DNA from: Hyalangium minutum
GTDB lineage: Bacteria; Myxococcota; Myxococcia; Myxococcales; Myxococcaceae
Length of the DNA stretch: 124,000 bases
Assembly: GCF_000737315.1 (NCBI RefSeq)
Contig: NZ_JMCB01000005.1
Location: forward strand, 20,001-144,000
Reading direction: 5' to 3'
In this document: positions 67,366-79,500 of the stretch, piece by piece
How positions within the stretch are numbered: position 1 is the stretch's first letter
Layout of the letters: every line of letters begins with the position of its first letter
Translations under genes and position numbers: made by a program
Notes under the pieces: generated by a model
Database searches by the model: none
Told to the model about the DNA's origin: nothing
Seen by the model: only the letters and a program-made list of their open reading frames with translations

Positions 67366-68922
67366 TTATTGGGTTTGGATTCTTCCCAGGATGCGTGCCC
67401 CGAGCGGCTCCACCGTGAGCTCCAGGGAGGGGCCTTCCAGCCGGCCCCCGTTCAACACGTCTTCCGCCGCCGTCCTGCCCCACGCCTCGGGCCAGGGCAG
67501 CGACACCTTCGCTGGCTGCGCGCCGCGGTTGATCGCCACGATCACCGCGTCGCCCGAGCCCGCCTCGTGCCGCAGGAAGACATAGAGGTCTCCGTCGGTG
67601 GAGAGCCCCTGGTGCGTCCCCCGCGAGAGCGCCACGTGCGCGCGGCGGATGGAGGTGAGCTTCTGGTAGAGCTTGCGCAGGTCCTCGTCGCGCGGCTTGC
67701 CGGCGCCGGGCCTCACGTCGCGCGAGCCCCACGGCATGTCGCTGCGGTTCGCGGGCCAGTCGCCGCCGGGGCGGGCGACCTCCTCGCCGTAATAGAGGGT
67801 GGGGATGCCGGAGGTGGTGAGCTGCAGCACCACCGCGAGGCGGAAGCGCTTCACGTCGCCCTCGAGCTGGTGCAGTGCGCCCGTCACGTCATGCGAGGAC
67901 AGGAAGTGGGCCAGCAGGTAGCCGGGGCGCACCTTGGCGCGTGACTTGAGGTACTTGTCGAAGGCGATGGTGCGGCCGCGGCCCTGCACGAAGGCGAGCG
68001 TGCTGCCCTGGAAGCCGAAGTCGAAGCCGGCGTCCATCTCGTCCCCGGCGAACCACGGGTCCAGCGACTCCGCGTCGCCACCCCATACCTCGCCCAGCAG
68101 GAAGAAGTCCTTGCTCACCTCTTCGCGCAGGCGGCGGCGGTGCTCCTTCCAGAAGGGGTGATCCACGTGCTTCACCGTGTCCAGCCGGAAGCCGTCCACC
68201 CCGGAGCGCTTGGCCCAGTCCAGCTGCGCGTCCAGCAGGTACTTGGCCACCTCGGGCAGCTCTGTCTTGAAGTCCGGCAGGCCGGAGACGCAGCTCGTCA
68301 CGTCGTCCTGGCCGCAGGTGCCCCGCTCCTCCGAGCGCAGCCAGTTCTTCGTCTCGGGCTTCGTGACGTAGTGCGAGTTGTAGCCCGGGTGGTTGTAGAC
68401 CACGTCCAGCAGCACGCGGATGCCCCGGCGGTGCGCGTCGTCCACCAGCGCGCGCAGGTCTTCCTCGGTGCCGATGCGCGGATCCAGCTGGTGGAAGTCA
68501 TCCGCCCAGTAGCCGTGGTAGCCCCAGTCCGGGAAGCCCGCGCCGGTGACGAAGCTGTCGATGTTCTTCACCACCGGAGTGATCCACAGCGCTGTCACGC
68601 CCAGCGAGCTCAGCTCGTCCAGCTGCTGGCGCAGGCCCTTCAGGTCTCCACCGTGGAAGGCGCCTTGCGCGGCCACGTCCACCGCCGTGTTGTTGGCGGC
68701 ATCTCCGTCGGCGAAGCGATCGACGACGACGAAGTAGAGGATCTCGTCCGCCCAGGGGCGCGGTGCCACTTTGGGCGCGGCGGGCGGAGCGGGGGGCTGC
68801 GGGGCGGCTGCGGTGGGGGGGCTCGCGGGGGTGGGCCCAGCCTCGGGCTGTGGAGCAGTGTGTGCGCAACTCAGCAGGTGAAGCGCGAAAAGCAGCGGCA
68901 CCGTTGCATGACGCAAGCGCAC
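67366..68922 (-). CDS. GH13 alpha-amylase lipoprotein
   Basis: LLSC lipobox, YHGYW, GFRLDTVKH, GEVW, SHD; start uncertain. Confidence 0.9.
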   Translation of the reverse strand: MRLRHATVPLLFALHLLSCAHTAPQPEAGPTPASPPTAAAPQPPAPPAAPKVAPRPWADEILYFVVVDRFADGDAANNTAVDVAAQGAFHGGDLKGLRQQLDELSSLGVTALWITPVVKNIDSFVTGAGFPDWGYHGYWADDFHQLDPRIGTEEDLRALVDDAHRRGIRVLLDVVYNHPGYNSHYVTKPETKNWLRSEERGTCGQDDVTSCVSGLPDFKTELPEVAKYLLDAQLDWAKRSGVDGFRLDTVKHVDHPFWKEHRRRLREEVSKDFFLLGEVWGGDAESLDPWFAGDEMDAGFDFGFQGSTLAFVQGRGRTIAFDKYLKSRAKVRPGYLLAHFLSSHDVTGALHQLEGDVKRFRLAVVLQLTTSGIPTLYYGEEVARPGGDWPANRSDMPWGSRDVRPGAGKPRDEDLRKLYQKLTSIRRAHVALSRGTHQGLSTDGDLYVFLRHEAGSGDAVIVAINRGAQPAKVSLPWPEAWGRTAAEDVLNGGRLEGPSLELTVEPLGARILGRIQTQ

Positions 68923-69158
68923 AAGAGCTTGGCTGCGGGGCTGGGGGTCCTGCATCGCGGCGCGACTGTTTCACAGAATGCTGGAGAGGTGAACTGTCTG
69001 TCGCCCCCCCCAGCAGACCTCTTTGGTCACGTTCCCCAGCGCGTTCGGAATGATGCGCCGCGTCGATATTTCCGAGTGAAACGGCGCTACCACCCAGAGT
69101 CTGACGCGGTGCGTATCGGGCAGAGGTGACTTCGTCCGTGGGCCAGAAAGTGCCTACC

Positions 69159-69596
69159 TCATGGGTTTTGGCGGTAGGGCGAGGGCTCCTCGGGCCAGGC
69201 GTTCGGCTGGCACTGGGTCTGGTCGTTGTCGATGACGACCTCGCGCGCGATGCGCTCCTGGTTGTTGTAGTCGAACGAGGTGCGCACCTGGGCGCCCGGC
69301 GCCAGGTACTCGCGGGCCACGAGGTCTCCGTTGCGATCCTTGTACATCGTCTGCTCGTCGACGCGCATGGAGCGCTCGAAGCCCTTGTCATCGCGGACGA
69401 TCAGCGTGTCGCGGTAGTCGGCCACTACAGTGCCTCGGATGAGCGGGCCGGTGTCACCCCGGGCGATGTCCGGGTTTTGGGCCACGCGCGTGGGCGGAGA
69501 GGCCTCCGAGGAGTAGCCCCCCACGGTTGTGCCCGTCGCGCACCCCCACAAGCACGCCGCTCCCAACGCCGCCGCTCCCATGATCCAGGTCTTCAT
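69159..69596 (-). CDS. Hypothetical lipoprotein
   Basis: LWGC lipobox; OB-like beta content. Confidence 0.7.
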   Translation of the reverse strand: MKTWIMGAAALGAACLWGCATGTTVGGYSSEASPPTRVAQNPDIARGDTGPLIRGTVVADYRDTLIVRDDKGFERSMRVDEQTMYKDRNGDLVAREYLAPGAQVRTSFDYNNQERIAREVVIDNDQTQCQPNAWPEEPSPYRQNP

Positions 69597-69885
69597 GCGT
69601 GGTCACCCCCGTTCGGCGGAACGCTCCGCCCATCCACGGGCAGGGTGGCGACGCCACTCGGCACCTCGCAAGCCCGGCTCCGCTCCCTGAGGGGCAGGCG
69701 AGCGCAATCCCAGGGTTTCCCAGGTTCTGCTGGCAATCCGCACTGTCTGCTCCCTTACGAGGAGGGCACAGCGGGAGCCAGTCTGGACGCTTGCTCACCC
69801 AGCCCTGCTAGTCTGCGCACGCTTCGCGCCGGGCCAGGCCTCTTGCTTCTTCGTCGCGAGTCACACGTGCCAGCGCTCATCGCTG

Positions 69886-72800
69886 GTGCCGTTCTTCAAC
69901 CCTTGGAGGTGTGTCCTGAGAGTTCCATTTCGTTTCCCGTTACGGGTGCGCCCGCTGGCGCTGAGCGCGCTGCTGGCCACCGCCGCTGCTCCGCTGACCG
70001 CCGTGGCAGCTCCCAACTCCGTGACCGTCATCGGTGACTTCCAGAGCCAAGCCGGATGTACGGCCAACAATGATCCCACGTGTGCCGCGACCCAGCTCAC
70101 GCTCGAGCAGGCCGACGGCGTATGGCAGGGCAGCTTCGCGGTCCCGGCTGGTACCTGGCACTACAAGGTCGCCCTCGACGGCGCGCTGACGGAGACGTAC
70201 CCCTCGGCGGAGCTGACGCTCACGAAGGCCGCCGCCGGGACGGTGAAGTTCTACTATGACCCCAACACCCACTACGTCCGCGACAACGTGGCGACGATCG
70301 CAGTGGCTCCTGGCAACTTCCAAGGAGAGCTGGGCTGTCCCCTGCTGCCTCCCGACAACAATGGCGACTGGCAGCCGGACTGCCTCAAGTCCTGGCTCCA
70401 GGACCCAGATGGGGACGGCACCTTCACGCTGACGACCACGGCCATTCCGCCCGGCTCGTATGAGGGCAAGGTGGCCATCAACGAGAGCTGGGACGAGAAC
70501 TATGGCCAGAATGGCGTCCGAAACGGTCCCAACATCGGATTCACCGTGACCCAGGCCGGCGAGGAGGTGGTGTTCTCCTGGAACTCCACGAGCAAGAAGG
70601 CAACGATTCGCCCGGCGAACGCGGCATCAGGTGACATCCTCCTGGCGCGGGCGCACTGGGTGGCTCCGGACACGCTGGCGTGGAGCCCGCAGGCCGAGAC
70701 GATCCCCACGGACGCGGTCTTCCGGCTGCACTCCGAGCCGGAGGGTGCCATGCGCCTGACGGACACGGGCATCCAGGGTGGTACCGCCATCATGCTCACG
70801 CAGGACACGGCGGGCCTGAGCGACGCGCTCAAGGCGCGCTTCCCGCACCTGGCCACGGCCCTGGCGCTGAAGATCCCCTCAGGGGAGCAGTCCAAGGTGG
70901 CGGCGCTCCTCAAGGGGCAGCTTGTCGTGTCGGTCAGCTCGAGCGCGGGCAAGGTGCTGGATGCCACCTCTGTGCAGCTCGCGGGCGCGCTCGACGCGCT
71001 TTACACGTACACGGGGACGCTGGGGCCGACGTTTGACGCGGGGGTGCCTACGCTGCGCGTCTGGGCTCCCACGGCGCGCAAGGTGTCGCTGCTGATCTTC
71101 GACTCGTCCACCGCAGCGGATCCGTCCGAGACGATCGCGATGGAGGCGGGAGACAAAGGCGTGTGGTCCGCCACCGGCACCGCCGCGTGGACGGGCAAGT
71201 ACTACCTCTATGAGGTGGAGGTCTACGTCCGCAAGGAGCAGGCGGTGAAGGTCAACCGCGTCACGGATCCGTACTCGGTGAGCCTCTCCACCAACAGCGC
71301 GCGCAGCCAGATCATCGACCTGAATGCCGCGGCCCTGGCCCCCACGGACTGGAGCGCGCTGGAGAAGCCCACGCTGGCGGCCCCCGAGGACATCGTCCTG
71401 TACGAGCTGCACGTGCGCGACTTCAGCATCAACGACGGCACCGTTCCGGAGGCGGACCGGGGCACCTTCAAGGCGTTCACCCACGACTCCAACGGCACCA
71501 AGCACCTGAAGAAGCTGGCCGACGCGGGCGTGACGCACGTGCACCTGCTGCCGGTGTTCGACATCGCCACCATCAACGAGAACCGCGCCGAGCAGGCCCT
71601 GCCGGCCGGAGACCTGGCGTCGATGCCGCCGGACTCGGAGCAGCAGCAGGCCGCGGTGGCCGCGGTGAAGGACGCGGACGGCTTCAACTGGGGCTATGAC
71701 CCGTATCACTACACCGTTCCCGAGGGCAGCTACTCGACCCACCCGGACGGCACCACCCGCATCCTCGAGTTCCGCGAGATGGTGCAGGCCGTCAACCAGC
71801 GCGGCCTGCGCGTGGTGATGGACGTGGTCTACAACCACACCAACTCGGCCGGGCAGGACTCGAAGTCGGTGCTGGATCGGATCGTCCCCGGCTACTACCA
71901 CCGGCTCAACGGCGACGGGAACGTGGAGACCTCCACGTGCTGCCAGAACACCGCCACCGAGAACGCCATGATGGAGAAGCTCATGGTGGACTCGCTGGTG
72001 ACCTGGGCCAAGCAGTACAAGGTGGACGGCTTCCGCTTCGACCTGATGGGCCACCACATGAAGTCCAACATGCTCAAGGTGCGCGCGGCGCTGGATTCGC
72101 TCACCGTGGCCAGGGACGGCGTGGACGGCAAGGCCATCTACGTCTACGGCGAGGGCTGGAACTTCGGCGAGGTGGCCAACAACGCCCGCGGCGTGAACGC
72201 CACGCAGCTCAACATGCCCGGCACGGGCATTGGCACCTTCAGCGATCGGCTCCGCGATGCGGCGCGCGGCGGTGGCCCGTTCAGCGGGCTGCAGGAGCAG
72301 GGCTTCATCAGCGGCCTCTTCTATGAACCGAACAGCACCCACCAGGGCACGGCGGACCAGCAGAAGACGCTGCTGCTGCAGCACATGGACCGCATCCGCG
72401 TGGGGCTGGCGGGCAACCTCCGGGACTACACGTTCACCGACGTGCAGGGCGCCAAGGTGAAGGGCTCGGATGTGAAGTACGGCGGTGACCCCGCGGGCTA
72501 CACGCTGGATCCGCAGGAGGTCATCACCTACGTGTCCGCCCACGACAACGAGACGTTGTTCGACGCGGTGCAGATGAAGGCCCCGCGCAACGCGAGCATG
72601 GAAGTGCGGGTGCGCATGCACAACATGGGCATCAGCCTGGTGGCGCTGGGCCAGGGCATCCCGTTCTTCCACGCGGGCGACGAGATCCTCCGCTCCAAGT
72701 CGCTGGACCGCAACAGCTTCAACTCGGGCGACTGGTTCAACAAGATCGACTGGACCTACCAGTCCAACAACTGGGGCGTGGGCCTGCCTCCGGCCGGTGA

Positions 72801-73398
72801 CAACCAGAGCAACTGGCCGGTGATGAAGGAGCTGCTCGGCGATCCGGCGCTCAAGGCGTCGCCGGCGCACATCTCCAGCGCCCTGGCTCACTTCCTGGAG
72901 GTCATCCGCATCCGCAAGAGCTCCCCGCTGTTCCGGCTCCGGACGGGCGCGGAGATCCAGCAGCAGGTGACGTTCGAGAACACCGGGCCGAACCAGATCC
73001 CCGGCCTCATCGTGATGCACATTGAGGACGACCGGTACGCGCTGGCAGGAGCAACCACCGACGCGGTGGTGCTCTTCAACGCGAGCGATGAGCAGCAGCG
73101 CTTCGCGTCGGACACCTTCAAGGATGTGGCGTTCGAGCTGCACCCGGTGCTCAAGGAGTCCGCTGACGCCGCAGCCCGTACGTCCTCGTTCGAGGCCAGC
73201 TCCGGCACGTTCACCGTGCCGGCGCGCACCACGGCGGTGTTCATGGCCAAGCGGGCCGCGCCCATTCCCAAGGGCCCTGGGGACACTGGCACCGATGACA
73301 GCTGTGGCTGCTCGGGTGGCGGGAGCGCGGCGTTCAGCGCCTTCGGCCTGCTGCTCGGCCTGAGCGCGCTGCGGCGGTCGCGCCGCCGCGAGTCGTAA
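69886..73398 (+). CDS. pulA: Pullulanase-type alpha-1,6-glucosidase with MYXO-CTERM anchor
   Basis: [25 protein letters not shown]; C-terminal CGC-hydrophobic-RRSRRR; start uncertain. Confidence 0.92.
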   Translation: MPFFNPWRCVLRVPFRFPLRVRPLALSALLATAAAPLTAVAAPNSVTVIGDFQSQAGCTANNDPTCAATQLTLEQADGVWQGSFAVPAGTWHYKVALDGALTETYPSAELTLTKAAAGTVKFYYDPNTHYVRDNVATIAVAPGNFQGELGCPLLPPDNNGDWQPDCLKSWLQDPDGDGTFTLTTTAIPPGSYEGKVAINESWDENYGQNGVRNGPNIGFTVTQAGEEVVFSWNSTSKKATIRPANAASGDILLARAHWVAPDTLAWSPQAETIPTDAVFRLHSEPEGAMRLTDTGIQGGTAIMLTQDTAGLSDALKARFPHLATALALKIPSGEQSKVAALLKGQLVVSVSSSAGKVLDATSVQLAGALDALYTYTGTLGPTFDAGVPTLRVWAPTARKVSLLIFDSSTAADPSETIAMEAGDKGVWSATGTAAWTGKYYLYEVEVYVRKEQAVKVNRVTDPYSVSLSTNSARSQIIDLNAAALAPTDWSALEKPTLAAPEDIVLYELHVRDFSINDGTVPEADRGTFKAFTHDSNGTKHLKKLADAGVTHVHLLPVFDIATINENRAEQALPAGDLASMPPDSEQQQAAVAAVKDADGFNWGYDPYHYTVPEGSYSTHPDGTTRILEFREMVQAVNQRGLRVVMDVVYNHTNSAGQDSKSVLDRIVPGYYHRLNGDGNVETSTCCQNTATENAMMEKLMVDSLVTWAKQYKVDGFRFDLMGHHMKSNMLKVRAALDSLTVARDGVDGKAIYVYGEGWNFGEVANNARGVNATQLNMPGTGIGTFSDRLRDAARGGGPFSGLQEQGFISGLFYEPNSTHQGTADQQKTLLLQHMDRIRVGLAGNLRDYTFTDVQGAKVKGSDVKYGGDPAGYTLDPQEVITYVSAHDNETLFDAVQMKAPRNASMEVRVRMHNMGISLVALGQGIPFFHAGDEILRSKSLDRNSFNSGDWFNKIDWTYQSNNWGVGLPPAGDNQSNWPVMKELLGDPALKASPAHISSALAHFLEVIRIRKSSPLFRLRTGAEIQQQVTFENTGPNQIPGLIVMHIEDDRYALAGATTDAVVLFNASDEQQRFASDTFKDVAFELHPVLKESADAAARTSSFEASSGTFTVPARTTAVFMAKRAAPIPKGPGDTGTDDSCGCSGGGSAAFSAFGLLLGLSALRRSRRRES

Positions 73399-73411
73399 GC
73401 TTCACCCTCGG

Positions 73412-73446
73412 CTGGCGCCCTGCTCGCACGCAGGGCAGGGCGCCAG
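73412..73446 (+). terminator. Hairpin after pullulanase
   Basis: CTGGCGCCCTGC / GCAGGGCGCCAG 12-bp stem; weak U-tract. Confidence 0.5.
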
Positions 73447-73535
73447 TGTTGTGAGCGGCCAGGGTGGCTGGGTGGGCGGGTGAGACGCGGACGCGCTATC
73501 GTCCGGTGACTCCCCGGCCTCGAGACCTCTACCGC

Positions 73536-74828
73536 ATGGACGCGTCCCCCCGCTTCGCGAAGAGAGTGTTGGACTTTCGCTGCCTCGCTGATCGCTGCGA
73601 GGACACGTGCTGCGTGGGGCTCCGTGTCCCCGTGACGGAGGAGCGCCTGTGGCAGCTGCGCACCGGTGTGAAGGGGAGCCCGGACGAGGCGCACGTAGAG
73701 TCGCTCCTGGAGGAGAACCCCGAGGGCCCTCCCTCCGAGCGAGCGTTCATCAAGATGCAGCCAGATGGGCGCTGCCCGTTCCTCGACACCGAGAAGCTCT
73801 GCTCCCTCCAGCGCCGGCATGGAGAGAAGGTCCTCCCGGATCCTTGCGTCACCTTCCCGCGCATCGTCTGGCGGTGGAATGAGCAGGTGGAGGTGGCGGG
73901 CTCACTGGCGTGTCCGGAGATGGCGCGGCTCCTGCTCCTGGAGGAAGGCGCGCTGGAGCAGGTTCCCGGACCGCTGGAGCAGGTGCCGCGCTTGGAGGCG
74001 GCCCGATCGCTTCCGGGTGAGTCCGGGGATGCTTATGTCGTTCACGCCCAGGCCATTCGCGCCGCCGCGCTGAAGCTCCTGCACCGGCGGGAGTTTCCGC
74101 TCGCCACGCGGCTCATGTTCCTGGGCCAGCTGGCGTTCCGCTTGGACTCCGTCTTCCGGGGCGCGGAGCCTGTCTCGGGCACCGAGGCGGAGCGGGACGA
74201 GGTGGTGCAGGTCCTGCTCCAGTCCGTCGACTCTCCCGAAGCGCTGGAGGCGATGCATCAGGAGTTCCTGTCGCTGCAGGTGCCGGGAGCACCGTGTGCC
74301 GGGCTGCTGGCCTCATTGCTGAAGTCTCGGGCCTCCGTGGCCCGCGGCGACCGCTTCGGACCCTTCGTCCACAGTGTACTGAAGTCCCTCTGGGGCTCCG
74401 AGCAGGCCGAGGGCGATTCGGAGGGCGCCTGGCGCGAGTACTCCGCGCGCTGGCAGCAGCTGCAGGCGGCGCATGGGGCCCGGGTCGAGCAGTACTTCCT
74501 CAACTACGGCCTTGCGCAGTGGCTCCGCTCTCCCTTCCTGGAACTGCCGAGCCTGCTCGCATATGTGTTCCGTCTGGTGATGCGTGTGGCGACGCTGCGG
74601 CTGGCGTTGGTGGGGCACCCAGACGTGGCTGCCCTCTGCGCGATGGAGCAGGGCGCTGCTCCCGAAGACGCTCAGGCCGTGCTGGATCGGGCGGCCATCG
74701 ATTGCTTCTACCTCGTCGCCCGCCACGTAGAGCAGGCGCCGGATGTGCTCGCGCTCGTGCGGCAGCTCGCGGGCGCGGGTGGGGCGGAGACGCTGGGCAA
74801 GACGCTCATCTTTGCCCAGTTCTGCTGA
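73536..74828 (+). CDS. FliB-family (flagellin lysine-N-methylase-like) Fe-S protein
   Basis: FRCLADRCEDTCC, CPFL...LC.LQ..HG, C..FPR, SLACPE. Confidence 0.78.
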   Translation: MDASPRFAKRVLDFRCLADRCEDTCCVGLRVPVTEERLWQLRTGVKGSPDEAHVESLLEENPEGPPSERAFIKMQPDGRCPFLDTEKLCSLQRRHGEKVLPDPCVTFPRIVWRWNEQVEVAGSLACPEMARLLLLEEGALEQVPGPLEQVPRLEAARSLPGESGDAYVVHAQAIRAAALKLLHRREFPLATRLMFLGQLAFRLDSVFRGAEPVSGTEAERDEVVQVLLQSVDSPEALEAMHQEFLSLQVPGAPCAGLLASLLKSRASVARGDRFGPFVHSVLKSLWGSEQAEGDSEGAWREYSARWQQLQAAHGARVEQYFLNYGLAQWLRSPFLELPSLLAYVFRLVMRVATLRLALVGHPDVAALCAMEQGAAPEDAQAVLDRAAIDCFYLVARHVEQAPDVLALVRQLAGAGGAETLGKTLIFAQFC

Positions 74829-74831
74829 GCG

Positions 74832-76583
74832 CTACTTCCCGCCGTCCTTCGGTGTCCCCGCGTCGGGCGTGTCCGCCTGGGGTTCGGGGACGTTCGCGCC
74901 GGACAGCTCCTTCGGGTCGCGCATGAACTTCCACGCGGTGTTCTCGACACCCGGCTCGCTCATGCCCGTGAGCAGCGCGGCCGCTTTCACGGTCCGCTCC
75001 TTGAGCGCCGTCTCGCCCAGCTCATGGTGAATCTTCGTGAGCGCGATGTGGACCTCGGGGTCGAACGGGTTCGTGGACAGCGCCTCCATGTACGCGACCT
75101 TCGCCTTCAGCCAGTCCTTGCGGAACAAGAGGATGCGGCCCAGGTGCACGTTGGTGCCCGGCAGGCCCGGGTACACCCGCAGCGAGCCGCGCAGCACCGC
75201 CTCGGCCTCGTCCAGCCGCCGCAGCTCCAGCAGCGTCAGCGCATACTTGTTCGAGATGGACTCGTACTTGTCGCCCACCATGGTGTAGGCCTTCGAGTAC
75301 TCCGCCGCCGCGGCCTTCACCCGGTTGCGCTCGCGCAGCAGCTCGCCCAGGTGCGCCAGCTTGCGCGCCGGAATCTCCTGTACCTCCGCGAAGTCTCCGA
75401 AGGAGATCTCCCGGCCCTTCTTCGCGTCGTCCTTGTCCTGGCCCTTGGCGTCCTCCTTGAGGACCACCTCTTGTTGCGGCAGCAGCTCCTTGGGGAACGG
75501 CTGCTTCTTGATGTGGGCCAGCCAGGCCTTCTCGAAGAGGCCGAAGGGCATGCCTACCGCCGCCTCCACCGCCTTCTTGTCCGTCTGCCCGTTGCGCAGC
75601 TCCTGGATGATGGTGCGCAGGCCCGCCGTGCCCTTCGTGGCCAGCACGTAGTCCACCACGTAGAAGACCTCGGCGAACGCCAGGCCCGCGTCCTCCGCCG
75701 TGGGCAGCATGGCGATGGACGGGTGCATCTTCTCGAAAGGCACCAGCGTGTTGGCCTTCATCCGGCGCCCCAGCAGCGCCAGCGCGGAGGGGTTCAGCCC
75801 CAGCCCGCCTTGGCCACGCCAGCGGGACTCGAGGAACTTGGCCATGCCCTCGTGCAGCCAGATGGGCACGTTGTTGCGGCTGCTCTGGCTGATGACGAGG
75901 TGCACGTACTCGTGCGCCAGCGTGTCCTGCCAGTCGTAGCCGCGCGCCACCGCCTTGGGGCTCGTCACCATGAGCTTGTTGAACTTGCACATGGCGATGG
76001 TGCCCGTCGTCTGGATCTGCTCGTACGAGAGCGTGCTGATCTTCGACAGCTCGCGCGCGTTGTTCACCACCTCCACGCGCACCTTGCCGCCCGGTGGCGT
76101 CCACCCCAGGTCCTCCTGCATGGCCCGGTAGATGGCCTCCAGCGTCTCCATCGCGTAGGGCACCAGAACCTCTTCCTTGCCCGCCGGGTACAGGAAGATG
76201 AAGTGCTCGCTCTCCACCCTCTGGTGGCGCTTGGTGATGTTGGCGGTGTCCTTGGCCAGCCGGAGGTAGCTGCTCGGCTTGTCCTCCACGCCGGCTTTTG
76301 TCAGCAGGTCCACCGCCTCGGAGTAGCGGCCCTCCTCGAAGGCGAGCCGGCCCTGGTAGTAGATCAGCGCCTCGCTGCCCTCCGGCACGATCTTCTCCAG
76401 CTCCACCAGCGCACGCCGGGCGGACACCAGATCCCACCCGTCGATGCCGGCCTCCAGCTCCGCCAGGCGGGCCTTGGCCTCGCTGCGGACATCCTCGTCC
76501 TGGGCGCGGGCCGGCGCGGCCGTCACCAGCAGCGACAGCAGCCCGAGCGTCAGCAGTGCGTTCCGCGGATGACGGCGGCTCAC
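74832..76583 (-). CDS. Peptidase MA-family metallohydrolase with TPRs
   Basis: HEYVH and WLHEGMA zinc motifs; TPR helices. Confidence 0.85.
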   Translation of the reverse strand: MSRRHPRNALLTLGLLSLLVTAAPARAQDEDVRSEAKARLAELEAGIDGWDLVSARRALVELEKIVPEGSEALIYYQGRLAFEEGRYSEAVDLLTKAGVEDKPSSYLRLAKDTANITKRHQRVESEHFIFLYPAGKEEVLVPYAMETLEAIYRAMQEDLGWTPPGGKVRVEVVNNARELSKISTLSYEQIQTTGTIAMCKFNKLMVTSPKAVARGYDWQDTLAHEYVHLVISQSSRNNVPIWLHEGMAKFLESRWRGQGGLGLNPSALALLGRRMKANTLVPFEKMHPSIAMLPTAEDAGLAFAEVFYVVDYVLATKGTAGLRTIIQELRNGQTDKKAVEAAVGMPFGLFEKAWLAHIKKQPFPKELLPQQEVVLKEDAKGQDKDDAKKGREISFGDFAEVQEIPARKLAHLGELLRERNRVKAAAAEYSKAYTMVGDKYESISNKYALTLLELRRLDEAEAVLRGSLRVYPGLPGTNVHLGRILLFRKDWLKAKVAYMEALSTNPFDPEVHIALTKIHHELGETALKERTVKAAALLTGMSEPGVENTAWKFMRDPKELSGANVPEPQADTPDAGTPKDGGK

Positions 76584-79500
76584 TTCACCAGCTCCTCGTA
76601 GTAGCGCTTCACCTGCTCCTTGTAACGCTCCGGAGCGCCCTGCTTCATCGCGTCCAGCAGGTCCTTGCGGAACTCCTTGGGCGCCTGGAAGGCGTCCTCA
76701 TCCGGCAGCTCGACCTTCTCGCGTGGATCCATGCCATTGCCATCGCGCCGGCCGCCCATGCCCATCGGCAGCGGCAGGCCGCCCTGGCCCTGGCCCTTCT
76801 GGCTCTCCTTCATCTGCTGCTGGAAGCGCTTGAGGCCCTCGAGCGCCATCTGCTGCTGCCCGTAGCCACGGCCCGGATCCTGGCCGCCCATGCGCTGCGC
76901 GGCCTCGCCCATGCGCTGGCCCACCTCGTCCATCTGGTTGCCGGACTCCTGGCCGAACACCGGCGCCAGCTGCTGCATCTCCTCCATCTGCTGGCGCAGG
77001 CCCTGGGCGCGCTGCTCCAGCTGCTGCTGCTGCTCGGAGAGCTTCTGCAGTTGCTGGCGCTCCTGCGGGCTGAGCTGCGAGCCCGGCTCCGGGAAGAGCG
77101 ACTGGAGCTTCTGGCTGACCTCCTGCATCGTCTTCGCGTCCTTCTGGAGCTTCTGGGCCAGCTGCGCCGACTGCTCGCGCACCTCCTCCGGGTTGCCGAA
77201 CATCTCGTCCAGCTTGCGCTGGTGCTCGCCCATGGCGGAGAGCTGATCGGCCATGTCCTGGGTGCGCTGGGCCGCATCGGACGCGAGGTCATACGCGTCC
77301 GCCTTGAGGGCGTTCTCCAGGTTCTCCAGCTCGGACTGGGCCTCGGCCAGAGGGGCCGCCGCGCGGCTGTTGAGCTGCTCCGGCTTGAGCTCCTGGTAGT
77401 CCTTCTGCACCTGCTGCACCTGGCGCATCAGCTCGTCCTTGAGGGCCTTGCCCTTCTCGCTCAAGCGCTCCCGGTTCTGCGAGCGCGCCTGGTCGCGCAG
77501 GGCCTTGGTGGCGTCCGCCACCTGCTGCTGCTCCTGGAGCGTCTTGTCCAGGTCCTTCATGAAGTCGCCGAACTTCTGCGCCAGCTCTGGGTACTGCTCG
77601 CCGCCCAGCTCGCCCTGCGCCTTGTTCAGGTTCTCCATCATCTTGTCCATCTGCATGGAGAGCTCCTGGAGCTTGGCAAGCGCCTCGTCCGCCTTGCCCT
77701 CGCGCATCAGCTTCTCCACCTCGTCCAAGCCGCTGGAGACGTCCTGGTCCTTCATCATCTCGGCCATGGCCTCGGCGTTGAAGTGCTCGTCGCGGATGCC
77801 CTTGCGCAGCTCGGCCATGCGCTGCATCAGCTCGTTGATGCGTTGGCGCAGCTGCGTAATCTGCTCGAGGATCTGCTGCCGGGCCGCGTCGCTGGGCGTG
77901 GCCTTGTACTGCTCGATGAGCGAGGCCAGATCCCTGCGCTGCTCCGCCAGCTCCTTGGCCATCTCCTGCAGCGCCTCGAGCTTCTGCCGGTCCAGCAGGG
78001 ACTCCAGATAGAGGACGTCCTTCTCCGTCTCGGCAATCTCGTCGTTCACCGCAGCCGTGAGCCGGGTGCCCGTGCCCCAGTCCTCGCCGCGCAGCCGCTG
78101 GGTGCGCAGGTACAGGCGCCGGAAGTCCGCGGTGGCCGACAGCTTGCGGCCCAGCCCATCCGCGATGTTCAGCAGCGCGCCCACAAGGTCTCTGGGCACA
78201 TCCCGCTCGCGCGCCAGCTCCTGGGCCAGAGCGCGCATGTCCGCGACGAGCTGCTGGCCACTGGTGTCCACGGCCTGCCCGGAGGTGACGCTCTCCGCCG
78301 TCTTCTCCTTGGCGGTGTCCGAGCCCTCCAGCCGGTCCGCGAGGTGATCCACCAGCCGGCCCCAGAGTGCCTCGGCCTTCTGGAGCGCGGCGCGGCGGTG
78401 CTCGGCGGCGCTGTAGATGCGCAGCACCTGGGTGCGGCTCAGGCCCTTCTTGGGGCCCTCCACCGCGTCATTGTCCCGGGCCTCGATGTTGTAGGTGATG
78501 CGGTCGCCGGGCTTCAGGGGGAAGCGGCTCAGGTCCCACGTGTACGTGCCCTTGTTGCGGCGGCCGTCCTCGCGCGGCAGCGGCACGCGCGTCTCCTGCT
78601 GCGAGCCCGGCGTGCGGAACACCAGTGCCAGCTCGCTCAGGCCGTAGTCATCCGTGGCCTCGTACTTGAGGACCACCTGCTGGCCCGGATCCACCTCCAG
78701 CTCCGTGGCGGGCGACAGCAGCGTGGCCTGGGGCGGCGCATCCGCCTCCACATTGAGGGTGATCTCCGGCCCGATGACGTCCGCCTTCTCTCCCTTCTCC
78801 GTGGAGAAGGCGAAGCGGTAGGTGCCGCTCTTCTTCGTCACGAAGGAGCCGCTCAGCTCTCGGCGGCCCTCCACCTTGAGGGGCAGGGGCTCGCCGTTGA
78901 CGATGATCTCGGCCTGCTCGACTTCCCGGTCCGAGCGCGTCTTGAGGAGCACCTCGGTGCCCGCGGGCGCGCTGATCTCTCCGTTGGTGCCCGCCACCGT
79001 GCGCGGGGCGAGCCCCGTGTAGGCCGGGTAACGGTACGTCAGCTCGATGTCTCCGGTGATGGGCTCGGCCTTGGCGGTGGACTGGGCCACGGCGCTGGTC
79101 TCCCACGCCTTGGCCACGCCCGCGCGCCAGCGGCCGCCGGACAGCACCAGTGTCACCGCCACCGCGAGCACCAGCGCGCCCAGCACCTGCGCCAGCCGCC
79201 GCACGCGCTGGCCATCCACGATGGTGGCCGGATCCACGTACTGGGCCCGCCAGTCCATCTGTCCGAGGAACGCGGCGACGAGGCTGTGCGAGTGCTGCGC
79301 CGCACCGGCCTCGCGCGACAGCTCCACCGCGGCGAGCACATCCAGGGACAGCTCGGGCTTGCGCTCGCCGATGAGCCGCGCGGTGCGGACGTCATCGCCC
79401 ACCATCTTCCGGGACAGGAGGATGCCCAGCGCACAAGCCACGCCGATGCCCACCAGCGGGGCGAGGATCAGCACCCACCGGCCGAGCGCGGGAGCCACGA

